Shown here: positions 1 to 12,198 of the stretch, one piece after another | How positions within the stretch are numbered: position 1 is the first letter of the stretch | Layout of the letters: each line of letters begins with the position of its first letter | Assembly (NCBI RefSeq): GCF_964355755.1 | Contig: NC_092676.1 | Location: 11,819,888 to 11,883,887 of the forward strand | Reading direction: 5' to 3' | Source of the DNA: Antedon mediterranea | Taxonomy: Eukaryota; Animalia; Echinodermata | Length of the DNA: 64,000 bases | Position numbers and translations under genes: made by a program | The notes under the pieces: model-generated | The model's database searches: none | Told to the model about the DNA's origin: nothing | The model's input: only the letters and a program-made list of their open reading frames with translations

Positions 1-705
1 TTACTAAATTATATAATAAATGATGCAGACTAAAAAACACCAAAAACAAATTAAATATACGGTCAGTAGGCCTAGGCTATAGAAGTAAATACAGATCCTT
101 CTTTTTTAATGTATTATATCCTATCCTACTAGGCCCAGGCTAGCCTACGTTTCAATCTGAATCAAAATGTAGCCTAGACAAGCCTTACCTTCCTTTCATT
201 CTCTCTGAATTAAATCACAAGAATCTACTCAGATGTTTAATATCAAACAAATAATTTTATTTTTCTGCTATGGTACAAATGTCATTCGGTGAAAGATGAA
301 AGGTCATATTTCATCTTGCATCCCTTGAAATTATTTATTTTATACCATCACATTTAAAAATGGTAATACTTCTTCTGCAGCTGAAGTAAAATGACGTCAC
401 CGTTAAAGTGTGTCGACACATCTTTTTAAATTATGCTTAATTTTGACATAGGAGAGTACAATGGAAAAACTTCTGGACAAATCTCCGCCTTGGACACATA
501 CCTCATCTATCTCAGATGTACCGCGAAACGTGGATTTGATAACATTAGTTCTCACTATTACGATATTGTTTCATATTTCTATCTTAGGAAGATAGAGGGT
601 TTTAAAACAAAATTTCTGATTTCATCGGTAGACATTCAACCTTGCAACATTCTGGTTTGAACTAAGTTGGCCGTTGGTGGCGATAGCCATTTTAGTTTAT
701 TGTTT
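1..705 (+). repeat. Dispersed duplication, near-copy of 17101-17832 (includes a short Helitron-like repeat)
   Basis: Colinear match from TTACTAAATTATATAAT to GCCATTTTAGTT in both copies. Confidence 0.9.
421..695 (+). mobile_element. Short non-autonomous Helitron-like repeat (family B)
   Basis: A|TC start. The 3' end is TGGCGATAGCCA (a TGGCTATAGCCA hairpin in the 17503 copy) followed by TTTTAG|T. Homologous copies at 17503-17822, 24216-24530 and 31547-31822. Confidence 0.5.
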
Positions 706-747
706 ATTTTCGGACCGCGCGTGTGAAGTTACAGTAGTTAGCAAAAT

Positions 748-880
748 AACAAGGCCATATACATAGTTGCAGTCGTGTGCTCAAGTTAGTGTTTACCAAC
801 CAACCGACTGACCGACCGACCAACCGACTGACCGACCGACCAACCAACTGACATAGAGAGCTGAAGAGTCGCGACTAAAA
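748..880 (-). mobile_element. Helentron-associated (HINE/DINE-1-like) fragment with (GTCG)n microsatellite
   Basis: Minus strand reads TTTTTAGTCGCGACTC...CTATGTC then a (GGTC)n tract; same family as 11722-11812. Confidence 0.55.
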
Positions 881-1337
881 ATTACAGTATACTGCAAATT
901 AATAAAGATCAAATTAAATATAATTATAAAGCATCGGAGTATATTGTGCGGAATAGTATACAAATTACATCGGGAGAACTGATGATAAAACCTTTTGTTT
1001 GAAATCGAGTGAAACCGTGATAGCCGAGTTGTTGAGTAAGCTGACAGGAATAACTGTGGGCTATGTCCTCTTAGGACTCTGTGATACTTCTGCCCATGTT
1101 GCAAGCCGTCTAAAATGTTTGGCCGAAACGGTTCACTGTGTCGCGGAAGTTAGTTTCAAAAGATGTATTAATGTATTTACTATTAATTATTATACCTTAC
1201 CATCTAACAAAATCCCATCCACATTTATACACACAATAATTGTATTATTTATAACACATTTATAGTATTTGTAATAGAATTAATCGGACTGTTATCTACA
1301 ATTACCAAGCATTTTTTACCACTTTTCATATCTATTA

Positions 1338-2128
1338 AGCCCCTTTCTCACAGAGTTGTGTGCCAGGAATATTGCGGGAATATACCATTACCATGCCGGT
1401 ATGGTTTTCTGTGAGAACGGGTAGTCTTGGCATCATGCCGGCATCGACATGACCTGCTTTAGACCCGCAATGCCAGACGGGCATTCTGTGAGAACGTATT
1501 GCCGTTATATTCCGGGGTTCCCCGTCGAGGCTTTGACACATTGCGCAGTCAAGTGTATCACTTTGGCGCCTATTCAATTCAATTAACAATAATAATGTCG
1601 AACTGGAGGGATAATGAGATAAGAGAGCTGCTTAAAATAAGGGGACAAGAAGAAATTTGTAGCATAATCTATATAGGCCGCTAGGCTAGGCCATTAGCTC
1701 TTTGTTTGTTGGTGCCTGACCTTTCGTCGCCTTGTAAATTGTAGGCCTACAGCCTTCTAAGGTGTTTTACAGATTGCCGATGACGGCAAATTAATTGCTA
1801 TACCTGTATAATATATGCACAATATACTGTACATAGCATGTATTGCATAAATATGCTATAAAGGAAGATAATAATCTGTAACTTAACATTCGCAGCCATA
1901 TCATCGCTAGACAAAAATAATAACAATAAAGGACGCCCTCAATAATTATTTTGTCAGAGACTTTTTATTGGCCGAATATGCCCGACTCCTTTTTCACAGA
2001 AAGCCGGTATATACCGGTTATATTTCCGGCACGATAGTCCGATGAGAATGGGTATATGCCGGTAACGATACCGGCACGACGCCAGCACTGTACCGGTATA
2101 TTGCAGGCACATCTGTGAGAAAGGGGCT
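1338..2128. mobile_element. Non-autonomous PIF/Harbinger element
   Basis: TIR AGCCCCTTTCTCACAGA / TCTGTGAGAAAGGGGCT with TTA target duplication (1335-1337, 2129-2131). Retains a Myb/SANT-like start MSNWRDNEIRELLKIRGQEEI at 1595-1657. Confidence 0.85.
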
Positions 2129-2504
2129 TTAGAGGATTTTATTTGATTATAAATGTTACCATAATATTAAAACTAAAAAATAAACATATCCCTCAATTGA
2201 ACGCCTCCCCACCTCCGCCCCATAAGGGCCCTACCAAATAATAAACACTATATTTTAAAATGTTATTAATCACCTAAGACACTGTATAACAAAAGTATTT
2301 TTATCTCTGCTCTCTCTCAGATCAGAAAATCAAATCTTTATATTTGTTCCATATGAATGGTGTACATGAAAACATTGTTTTCCTCGACAGAAATATAGTA
2401 TACAACAAGAAATATTTATTACAAAATACGCCGCTCGACATTTTAAAATTAATCATTGTTTTTTCTTCAGATATTTATGATTGATTATTAAAAAGATGCC
2501 CTTT

Positions 2505-2850
2505 AATCGCAAAAATACATACAAATCAAAGATAGTTCTTTAATTATGAATCACATGCCCATTTTTTCACTAGTTAATTGTATACTATAAATACACAATC
2601 TTTAATAATTTATGGAAAATATGTTTTTGTTACCATGGAAACGTGTAACAAAATAAAAATGTGTTGGTTAATCGCAAACAAACACAAAATCTAACATAGT
2701 TATTAAATTATAAATCACATCATGTCCATTTTTTCACCAGTTAATTGTAAAATATAAATACACAATTTTTAATCAAATGTTTATTAAAAATATGTTTTGT
2801 AACCATAGAAATATGTAATAAATAAAAATATGTTGAATCGTAAAAATTAT
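2505..2850. repeat. Degenerate tandem duplication (~165-bp unit)
   Basis: AATCGCAAA...ATCACAT...CCATTTTTTCAC..AGTTAATTGTA...TACACAAT...TAACAAAATAAAAAT occurs twice. Confidence 0.7.
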
Positions 2851-3307
2851 TTGCACGATAAATTTTCTTTCTCAAATTGTCGAAATTACATCATGTGTTC
2901 ATAGAAGAATTTGATTCTGATAATTTTCTTTCATATTTTTTTTTCTCTTTTGTGGTTAACCACCACCTTTATTCATTCAATCTTTCATACATATTTCGTT
3001 CACATTTTATTTTCGTACATTAAATTTCCATTTTCTACTTTTTTCGTTATTTTCTGATTTTTACACTTTAACCTTTATACATTATAGTGTTTTGATTGAT
3101 ATGCATACAAAAACCATTAAAATCTACACTTCATTTTGTACATGATATAATACATTTTAAAATACAAATATGGATGCCACTTATAGGTTACAACATGCCT
3201 AGTGTGTTCATATCTTTTAAAATATATTTAAACTGAATTCTGGCATACAGTTTTTTAAGTTCAGTTTTAATTTTAATTGAGTATATGACGTACACGGCTA
3301 TTGAGTA

Positions 3308-5446
3308 CTATTGATTTTTTAATTGACATTTACATCCTAACAGGAGTTCTTTGAACGAGCTACTGCTGTTATCTAACTTTTGAAATAAATTGTCAATTTT
3401 ATTCCACAGTATTTGATTACGTCTACAATAATAAAACATATGTTTTTCATCTTCAATGACTCCACAATTGTTACATATGTTATTATTTGTCAGTTTCCCG
3501 TTATACAGTTTTAGATTTGTAGGTACAAGTCTGTTTAATAATTTGTAATTCAATTGGCCAAATTTCTTAGTTTTTTCGTTTTTCACTTTTTTTTTCCAGA
3601 CAGGAGGAGTTGTTGATAGCCGAGTGGTTAGGACACTTGACTATCATACAGATAGACCCGGGTTCAATTCCCGACAACTCCCAGTCCACTCAGCTGTAAA
3701 TGAGTACCTGGTTGAAAATACTAGGGAGAAAAAAGGCGGCGTGGAAAGGAACTGGCCACCCTACCACATAATGCCGAGGCTTAGTACAATGAGCTCCTAA
3801 CAGCTCATTCCCCTACGTTCAGAGAACACGGGACTCACCTTTACCTTTTTACCCTTTTTTCCAGACATCACACCACTTGATATCTTCGTTAAATACGTTA
3901 TTCCATTTAAGTATGCTTTTCGGGGAATAAAAACATTATTAAAGTTAGAATAAACATCTTTTGTTGTCATCTTAATTATATTGTTAATATTGTATTCCAG
4001 ATTCACATTCATATATTGGTTCATATTTGGCATATTATGTTTAACTATACTTAACCACTCTTTTGGAATAGCTCTAGTTAAAGAAACATATTCAGCTATC
4101 CAGTTTTTCTTAATACGTAGTTGTTTAATTATTTCTAAAGGTTTCATTAGACGATGAAAAATAATTATATCTCCAATTTGATTAAAACCTGCATCTATCC
4201 AGTTCTTAAAGAATAGTGGTTTGTTTCTATATTTAATATAATTATTACTCCATAAGTTTTGCTTTATCACTTCTTCATACTTGTTAATTGTACCTTCATT
4301 ATTCATATTATTAAATTCAACACAACACTTTAGAACATTATAATAAAAAGATGGTATATTATTTAAACCCATGTTATTTTTAAAATTGATATTTGACATA
4401 CTTAAAATTAGTTGTTCGTTTCCAAATTTGTTAAAATAGTATAGTGGTAAGATTTTCCATCTTACGGGTTTTCTACACAGTAATTTTCTTGCCCATATCA
4501 TTTTCAGAGCGTTTATGTGTAATGCGAAATCAGGCATACCTATGCCCCCTTTAATCATTTTACCGATTAAAGTTTTTCTTTTTATTTTTTCTGTTTTTCC
4601 ATTCCATAAAAAGTTATATATCAATTTATTTATTTTAAAACAAACATCATCCTGTACATCAATTATACATGCATCATATGTTAGTTTAGACAAGGCTAAA
4701 CTTTTTAAAATGTTAACTTTGCCAAAAAAGGTAAGGTTTCTTCCTTTCCATCTATTGAGTTGAATTTCTAAGTTTGCCACCTTACTATCCCAGTTTAATT
4801 CACTGCATTTTTTCTCATCATATCCCACATAAATACCCAACATCTTAATTGGTTCATTAACCCAATTTAGACTGCATGGTTTTTCGATTTTTTTTTATAT
4901 TTTTGCCAATCCATATAGCGTTGGTTTTGTTTTTATTCAAATTCATACCAGACACTTTACCAAACTTATAACAATATTTAAACCAATCTCTATACTTTTT
5001 TCATTTCCCACAAAGAGTACAGTGTCGTCTGCCAGATGCGCAATGTGAACTTCCTCACCATTATCATTTTTAGGTAAAAGTATTCCTTTATAGCATTTAT
5101 CCTTTCTTATATTACACGCCATAATTTCAACTACTAAAATAAAGAGTAACACCGACAATGGGCAACCCTGTCTAATTCCGCATTCCATTTCAAAACTTTC
5201 TGATATCCAACCATTATTAACACATTCAGTTTTACTATAAATTGTATTTACCCATTTTAAAAAGGAGTCTCCAAAATCAAATTTGTTTAGTACCTTAAAC
5301 ATAAAATCTCTATTTACAGAATCAAAGGCTTTTCTAAAATCAAGGGATAGAATAGCTCCTTCGATTTGTTCTTCTGTTGTATAATGCAGAATATCATTAA
5401 TTAGACGGACGTTTTCTCCAGCGAAACGTCCTTTAGGCCTAATGTA
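3308..5446 (-). pseudogene. LINE ORF2 3' part (RT, post-RT region, zf-RVT), frameshifted
   Basis: ORFs 4943-5449, 3797-4843 and 3308-3586 carry non-LTR RT and zinc-knuckle motifs. Confidence 0.9.
3603..3854 (+). mobile_element. tRNA-derived SINE inserted in the LINE
   Basis: A box TAGCCGAGTGG, B box GGTTCAATTCC, central CCACTCAGCTGTAAATGAGTACC motif, (CCTTTA)n tail, 13-bp TSD TTTTTTCCAGACA. Confidence 0.85.
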
Positions 5447-7004
5447 CACTGTAAAAAAAAATTGTTATATTTAAGGTAAAAAGCTGGCAGCAGTTTTGCC
5501 AAGGAAAACCCGTTAAATTTACGGTTAAACTGTAAATTGTGTAACGGTTAAAAGCCGCAAAACTAACATTTGTTTGTAATTTATTTTACGGTTAATTGTA
5601 TTTTGTTCTACAATATACTGTAAAAAAAAATTTCAGTTTACAGGATTTTGTAAACAAAATTACATTGAAATGTAAAATAATTTACAGTAGACTGTATTAA
5701 AACAGTTTCCCGTAAATTAAATTACAGTGAACTGTTAAGTATTTTACGGTTTTTCCTTGGCAAAACTGCTGCCAGCCTTTTACTGTAAATTTTTCAATGT
5801 TTTCTTTTCTTTGTATACAGATGAGTCACATACAGTGCATCAGGAAACATGTTTTTCATATACGATAGCAATATTTAGATTTTTACTCCGAAATGTACAA
5901 CACTTTGTATTTTCATATTACTATGTAAGACTGAAATGAATAAAGCAAAGCATTGTTATGGTTAACAAGGTACACTATTTATTACACATTCTACGATTCT
6001 ATTCCAAGATTACAGGATAAAGTCCTAAATCACATTACAAACCAAATTTTATTGTTACACGTAATAGATTTGTACTTTTTGTTTGTTGTATAAAAACTTC
6101 AAACGAATTCTAGTTTTCTTTAAATTAATGTATAAATGTAATGAAATGTACTTAAATTTGATTATGAATTGCAAAAAGATTATTAATGATTAAAAAAAAA
6201 CAACAGTGGCCTGCATCATCAAAGGTCAAAGTCCAGGAGCCTATCCTGGCAAGTTCAGCTCATTGTCCTGTTGATTGATGAACATGCCTGTCAAAATTAT
6301 AAAAATATATTATAAATAAAATTAAATATTAATTATTCCACAACATATTTTACAGATAAATCAGGTGATACAACTGTAATGAAATGTTAGCTCCAATTCA
6401 AGGTTAATTATAATTATTTAAACTGTATAATTATAATCATAAGCGTATTGTTGTCCGACCAAATAAAAAGTGCTTAATACAATAAAGCACATGTAACTCA
6501 CAACCAAGGCTGGCAGTGTTGTAACAATAACATGAACACTTTAGTTGCTTTAAAGCTATATAATACACACAATACTTTTATAGCCAGGGTTATTACACAT
6601 TTCTTGGTAGTTATATTAACTGCAAATGATCTACAATTTACAAAGCAATTTAAAAAATATGTACTGTATTTTATCATATCCTAATATTACTTGTATTGTA
6701 GTTTTTAAATTGAAGGGGTGTTATATTTTGACTAAATATATGTTACCATTTTACACCCAAAAATAAATGTCCCTCCTTCCCTTCTGAACATTTCTTTGAA
6801 TAAATACGGTTTCTATGTATGCAAACACTGATAAATGTACCTTTGCTATTTCTAGGGGTTCTACAAACAATCACTTTTAATTAATTAAAAGAAAGTGTAA
6901 ATGGGCTGAGACATATTGTTGTAATTTTTACCCAAATTAAGTCATTTTAAATCTCAAAATAAATCATGATTAAATTCAAAATAAATATTTAAACCACCTA
7001 CTGT

Positions 7005-7585
7005 TTATGTAGTCCATTCTAGGTCACTCATTTTGTTGATTATGGTGAGAACCTTAGGATGTATTGAATAATTCTTCTTATTTTTTCTGACTGCTGATTT
7101 TGACCCTTTGTCAGGATTCATTAGCATAAAGCATCTGAAAGAAACAAAATAATGTAGTTTATTTGATACTGGAAAAGAATAAGCAAATTGCCTTTTATTA
7201 GGAAAAAAATTAAGGAATTCTAATATTTATAGTTGTAAACTGTTAAAAAGCTTGCTTTTATAGTCACTTTCAAATGAAAGACACATTATCACCAATTGTT
7301 TTGTATATTACATTTTGTCTAAAAATAATTAAAAACACTACTGTAGATGTTCAAATTCAAGCCAGTAGCACTAGCAGCATAAAAGCCAGTGAAACTATAC
7401 GATAAGTATGCAAAACATACCTTTGAAAAAAATCCATCGTAGCTGCAACATCAGCATTATACTGGATTCCAAAACAGTAGTATGCAGCGAACAGCATTTC
7501 TACTCCAGACACACACACGTAACAATGTTATTATTTACAACATGGCCATCAACAGCCAGCATCCACTTTAATGTTCTTATTTCCC
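7005..7585 (-). pseudogene. Two terminal exons of an EnSpm accessory (SAMD3-like) protein
   Basis: Exons 7585-7421 and 7134-7005 with AG/GT junctions, giving ..KWMLAVDG..(frameshift)..EMLFAAYYCFGIQYNADVAATMDFFQR|CFMLMNPDKGSK..IHPKVLTIINKMSDLEWTT*. Confidence 0.65.
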
Positions 7586-7996
7586 CTGTAAGAAAAACCT
7601 AATAATTTTTACAACATAACAAGCGCACTTTTTTTGATACAAGAAGAAGCCTAAAAAAAGAGAACCTTATTCTCAAGATGTTTCAATGCCAAAATAAACA
7701 ATGCAAGGACTGGCTTTCTTTCTCCTTTTCATTGAAAGTTTGCAGCACTTTATCATACTCTACTACACTACTGGGTGGGCACAGTCTGGACTAGTGAATC
7801 CTAGCTAGGCTAGTAGGCACTAACCAACCAGGGGGGAAGGGGGTGTCCGGTCCCAATTACATTTTAAAAAAGAGTTGTATGTAGGCCTAGTATGCCTAGC
7901 TAGGCCCTATAGTAGTTAATAGGCATATTAATGTTATTTAATAATAACTATAAATAATGTAAATTCCTGAAAAGATACTAGGTAGGCCTAGGCTAG

Positions 7997-9098
7997 GGGT
8001 GTCACGAAACCTAAGACCACGAAAGCTAAGACCCCCTAAGACCTAAGATCACGAAAGCTAAGACCCAAGACCTAAGATTACAAATTCTAAGATATACTAC
8101 AGCTTAAAAACAATACTTGTTTATCCATACATAATTTTAAACACAGTAGGTTTCATTTATTACCATAAATATAATTAAATACTACCGCAAAACATAGATA
8201 AACTCACATTATTTTCGCCCCGTTGAGTAAATGTATATTTTTTTCTTTACAACAAACAAACAAACTTGACGGGTTGTTTGTTGGTATATATTTACTCCAT
8301 TGTGTTGGTTCAGAGGATGTTTTTCTTACGCCCCTGCCTTTCTTGTATTTTGACTCCAAATTTGTTGACTAACTTTATCCTGAATACCACACTTTAAAAT
8401 TAGGATTTATAAGTACTGTCAGACGGAGAAACACATAAAAACAAATAAATAAATCCTTTAAATTGATGATTTTACAGACATGTTTCTTTGTATACTGTAA
8501 CTCCTCGAGCTCCCCCCATGCTCTATGTTGTTGTTTCTATGGAGCGCCAAAAGAGCAACAATAATAGTACAAGTATAAAAACAGAAAGAAAACGAAACAA
8601 ATCATGATTTTTAAATTAAAATTTATTTGCCAGTATTTATTTCTTCGTACTTGCATGATTATACTATTATCATTACAATTTTAATTTTACATTGTTCCAT
8701 CCACACTGTAGATGGACTCCACAGAGTTTTCAGCCCTCTATATAATTTTTGCTCTTTTGACGTTCCATAGAAACAAAAACATTGAACATGGTAGGCCTAC
8801 TGCTACTGGGACCCTGCTACTGTACTGTAGGCTAGTCATGCGAAATTCGCAAACAGTTTGTGTGCGAGAAAAACGTATGTAAAATCTTCAATTTAAAAAT
8901 GTATTTGTTACTTTTTATTTGATTCTTTTTCATAAAAGTGCCAATTCTAAGGTGTGGTATTCAGAATAAATGTTGGGAGTTAAAATACAAGGCAGGTACG
9001 AAAGATAAATATTTGTAATCTTAGGTCTTGGGTCTTAGCTTTCGTGATCTTAGGTCTTAGGGGTCTTAGCTTTCGTGGTCTTAGGTTTCGTGACACCC
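7997..9098. mobile_element. MITE with ~80-bp TIR built of CTAAGACC repeats (superfamily unassigned)
   Basis: GGGTGTCACGAAACCTAAGACCACGAAAGCTAAGACC... is inverted at about 9015-9098; no clear TSD. Confidence 0.8.
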
Positions 9099-9538
9099 AT
9101 ACAATTTATGGTGGAAAAATAATATTTAATATAGGCCTAGGCCTAATATAAATAGAAAAGTACATTTTAATTACTTTATTGAATAATGTTAATTCCTGAA
9201 AAAAGTATACGTATTTAACATGGTGGCCTAGCCTAGGCCTAGCTAGGAGGCCTACTACTCCCTTTCACTTTCATCAACAACAAGACCTAGCTAGGCCTAC
9301 TACTAGCCTGGCCCTAGCATTTATATTTTGTACTGTACGGCTTAGCCTAGAAGAAGTTGACACAACCATACTATTTAAAAGAAAATTTCAGAAGACGAGG
9401 GGGGTTAATAGAGGGCCACGACCGGCCCACCAGCCTCTTGCACCACTCATTTAGAGTGGTGTACGGTGAGTTACGGTGAGTTACCTCTTTTGACTGCTGA
9501 GTCCTGGCCTAGCTAGGCCTAGCCTTGTTAGGCAGGCC

Positions 9539-10417
9539 GCGATTTTTTTTTTCGTACATAAGTTGGGGACCCCCTCATGAAACGTCACAAAATAAACATG
9601 AATAATTCATCAGTTAAATTTTCTTGTTCCATGTGCACCCAAGCGTATAGCAACAAGAAGTGATTACACAAGTGCGGTACGATTCTAGGCCTATCTCCGC
9701 TGTTGTTGCGGCGTGCGATTTCATAGAAGATAGCGGCGTTTTGTGTGGATTGTCGAAATAATCAGCCTTTAGTTTATGGTGTTTTTAATATAATTTATTA
9801 CTAAAGAATTACGTGTTAAAATTATAGTTTCTATTAATACTATTAGGCCTAATTATTAGTCTCTAAACCCATTTCTATTCTAGTAGTAGCTGTGGGTGTG
9901 TGTGACGTGTGTGTTAGGTATGACCAAAGATAGTTATCTTTGGTATGACACAATCCGAGTAATAAGTCAGCAAAATTAAACAATAAATTACACAAAAATA
10001 CATTTTTTATTCTCGTGGGTCAAATCTTCCCATCTCATGTGTTCATATACGCGCATTTTTAAAGTTCCTTTGAGTACATCATGCATATTATTTGATAATA
10101 AAATAGCAGAATTAAAAAAATACAGTACACAAATTATACATTCTTTATTCTTGTGGGTCTAAGCTTTCTTTGGGCCATGTCCAATGAATTACTACTTACA
10201 CATTTTGTGTGAAGAAGAGTGCGCGAAGGCAATCACGTGAATTGACTTAGAATCCTAGGCCTACTGTAGAAAGTATCGTATCGCAGTTGTGTAATCACTT
10301 CTTGTTGCTATACGCTTGGGTGCACACGGAACAACAAATTAAACTGATGAATCATTCATGTTTATTTTGTGACGTTTCATGAGGGGTCCCCAACTTATGT
10401 ACGAAAAAAAAAATCGC
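9539..10417. mobile_element. MULE/Mutator-like MITE
   Basis: ~150-bp TIR GCGATTTTTTTTTCGTACATAAGTTGGGGACCCC...; perfect 9-bp TSD AGGCAGGCC. Confidence 0.85.
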
Positions 10418-10844
10418 AGGCAGGCCTGTAATGTACAGTAGGCTAGGCCTATGTCAGGCCAGAGACTGAGAGTAAGTCAAGCCTAGCCTGGCTCTCTTTA
10501 ACAGTTTTAACATAATATACATTTACTACCTAGGCCTAGTATCTTTACCTAAAATTAATAAAACAGACCACCTACCATAACTTTTAGTCTTAACTCGATC
10601 TTCTCAGTAAAAATTAAAATGGCTGACCCGCGGGTATATTTCAAATCTTAACACAGACGACGCATGCTCAGATTAATTTAATTACAGCGCCACCAACGAG
10701 TTGGTACAAAAATTATTACTTACAGTAAATAGTTGTAAAAAGGCGGAAATTAACAGTAATCGACTGTAATTAGTAAAAACGGTCGTCGGATGTAATTTTT
10801 TAAAGTCAAAAAATTGTAAATTTAACAGTTTTTTTTTTACAGTG

Positions 10845-12198
10845 TACCTCTTTTGGTCATTGTCAACTACATTTTTAATTACTTTATTTTAGTCTTATAA
10901 GAATTTGAGTTAAAATTGTGTAGTCTGTATTTAATAAAGTAATAGGACGCCAGTTTTCTAGCAATTTTTTGTCACCTTTTTTGTATAATAGGCTTATAAT
11001 ACCACGTTTCTGTGTAGAACTCATTTCATTGTTAAAATAGCATTCATTTAGAGCGTCACAAACAATGTGTTTTAATGTCATCCCAGAAATGTAAATAAAA
11101 CTCAACGGTCAAGCCATCACATCCGGGAGTTTTATTTAATTTCATTTTTTTAATTGCATTGGTACATTCATTTAGTGTGACAATACCTTCACATATCCCC
11201 TTTTCCTCTTCAGTTAAACTCGTTACATTTGATTTATCTAGGTAAGTGTTTATTTGTTTACGGGATATACCCTTATATGCATATAGATGTCTATAAAATC
11301 TAACTTCCTCACAAAGGATTTCCTTTGTCTTTGTTAGTACTATACCCTTCTCGTTTTGTAGACATTTGATTTGTTTTTTTCCCCTTATTTTTTTCCAGAC
11401 TAAGAAAATATTTAGTGCTACGTTCGCCCTCTTCAATCCATTTATTCTAGAATGTATATAAGCACCTTTTGATTCATTATCATAAATATTTTCCAGCTGT
11501 TTTTGTTTTTTTGTTTAATTTTTGCTTCTATGCTCTCATTGGCAATACAGTCATTATTCAATAAAGAATCATTTAGTTTTTTTATTTCTTTTTCTAGTTT
11601 TACTTTTTTTCTTTTTTTTCTTTATTGATTTTGTTGCCACAGTAGATTGAAACGTCTTTAATTTTGGCTTTTAATAATTCCCATAATACATCTGGGCTAA
11701 GGTTGTTTTCATTGGTTTGGGTTTTTAGTCGCGTGGACGCGACTCTATAGTTCACTATGTCGGTCGGTCGGTCTGTCGGTCTGTCTGTCGGTCCGGTATC
11801 ACTATGCGTTTTAGTATTTTGCAATAGGTTGTTATTAAATTTCCAATAGCCTGGGCCTCTTTTGGACTCATCAAAACTGATTTTAATTGAAATTGCTTGA
11901 TGATCTGTCAATACTGATCTTTAACAATAATGCGAGTAGCATCTGTGTCGTATGGCAGATATGGGTTTCTATCATAAAAGATAACGTTTCTACCTCTTAG
12001 GTTTAACCCAGTTGATATTAGGCAAATTCTATCTTCATGTGTTCCTATATAAATCCTCCATGGATTTTTGATACGCTGTATACCAACAATATTTTGGCTT
12101 TTCACTGATTTCAGTATAGCCTTGTAAATATCTTGGGTTTCTACAAAAGAATCTCCTGTCATGTTAACTTCATCTACCTTCATAAACACTGGTTTCAC
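10845..12198 (-). pseudogene. LINE ORF1 N-terminal fragment joined by deletion to ORF2 endonuclease C-terminus and RT start
   Basis: ORFs 11908-12198, 11600-11911, 11056-11436 and 10884-11105. Confidence 0.8.
11722..11812 (+). mobile_element. HINE/DINE-1-like fragment inserted in a T-run of the LINE
   Basis: TTTTTAGTCGCGTGGACGCGACTCTATAG hairpin followed by (GTCG/GTCT)n. Confidence 0.6.

Larger units (their letters stand above)
5447..10844. mobile_element. CMC/EnSpm-type (CACTG) DNA transposon derivative, 5.4 kb
   Basis: TIR CACTGTAAAAAAAA / TTTTTTTTACAGTG, TA duplication, subterminal TTACAGT/TTACGGT repeats. Removing it rejoins the LINE RT (NDQKR-YI..KGRFAGENVRLI). Confidence 0.85.

Noticed and set aside
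433-660. Recurrent ORF MLNFDIGEY...DTYLIYLR (also 17517 and 24280)
   Set aside because: Lies within a short repeat; ends differ among copies; no known domain
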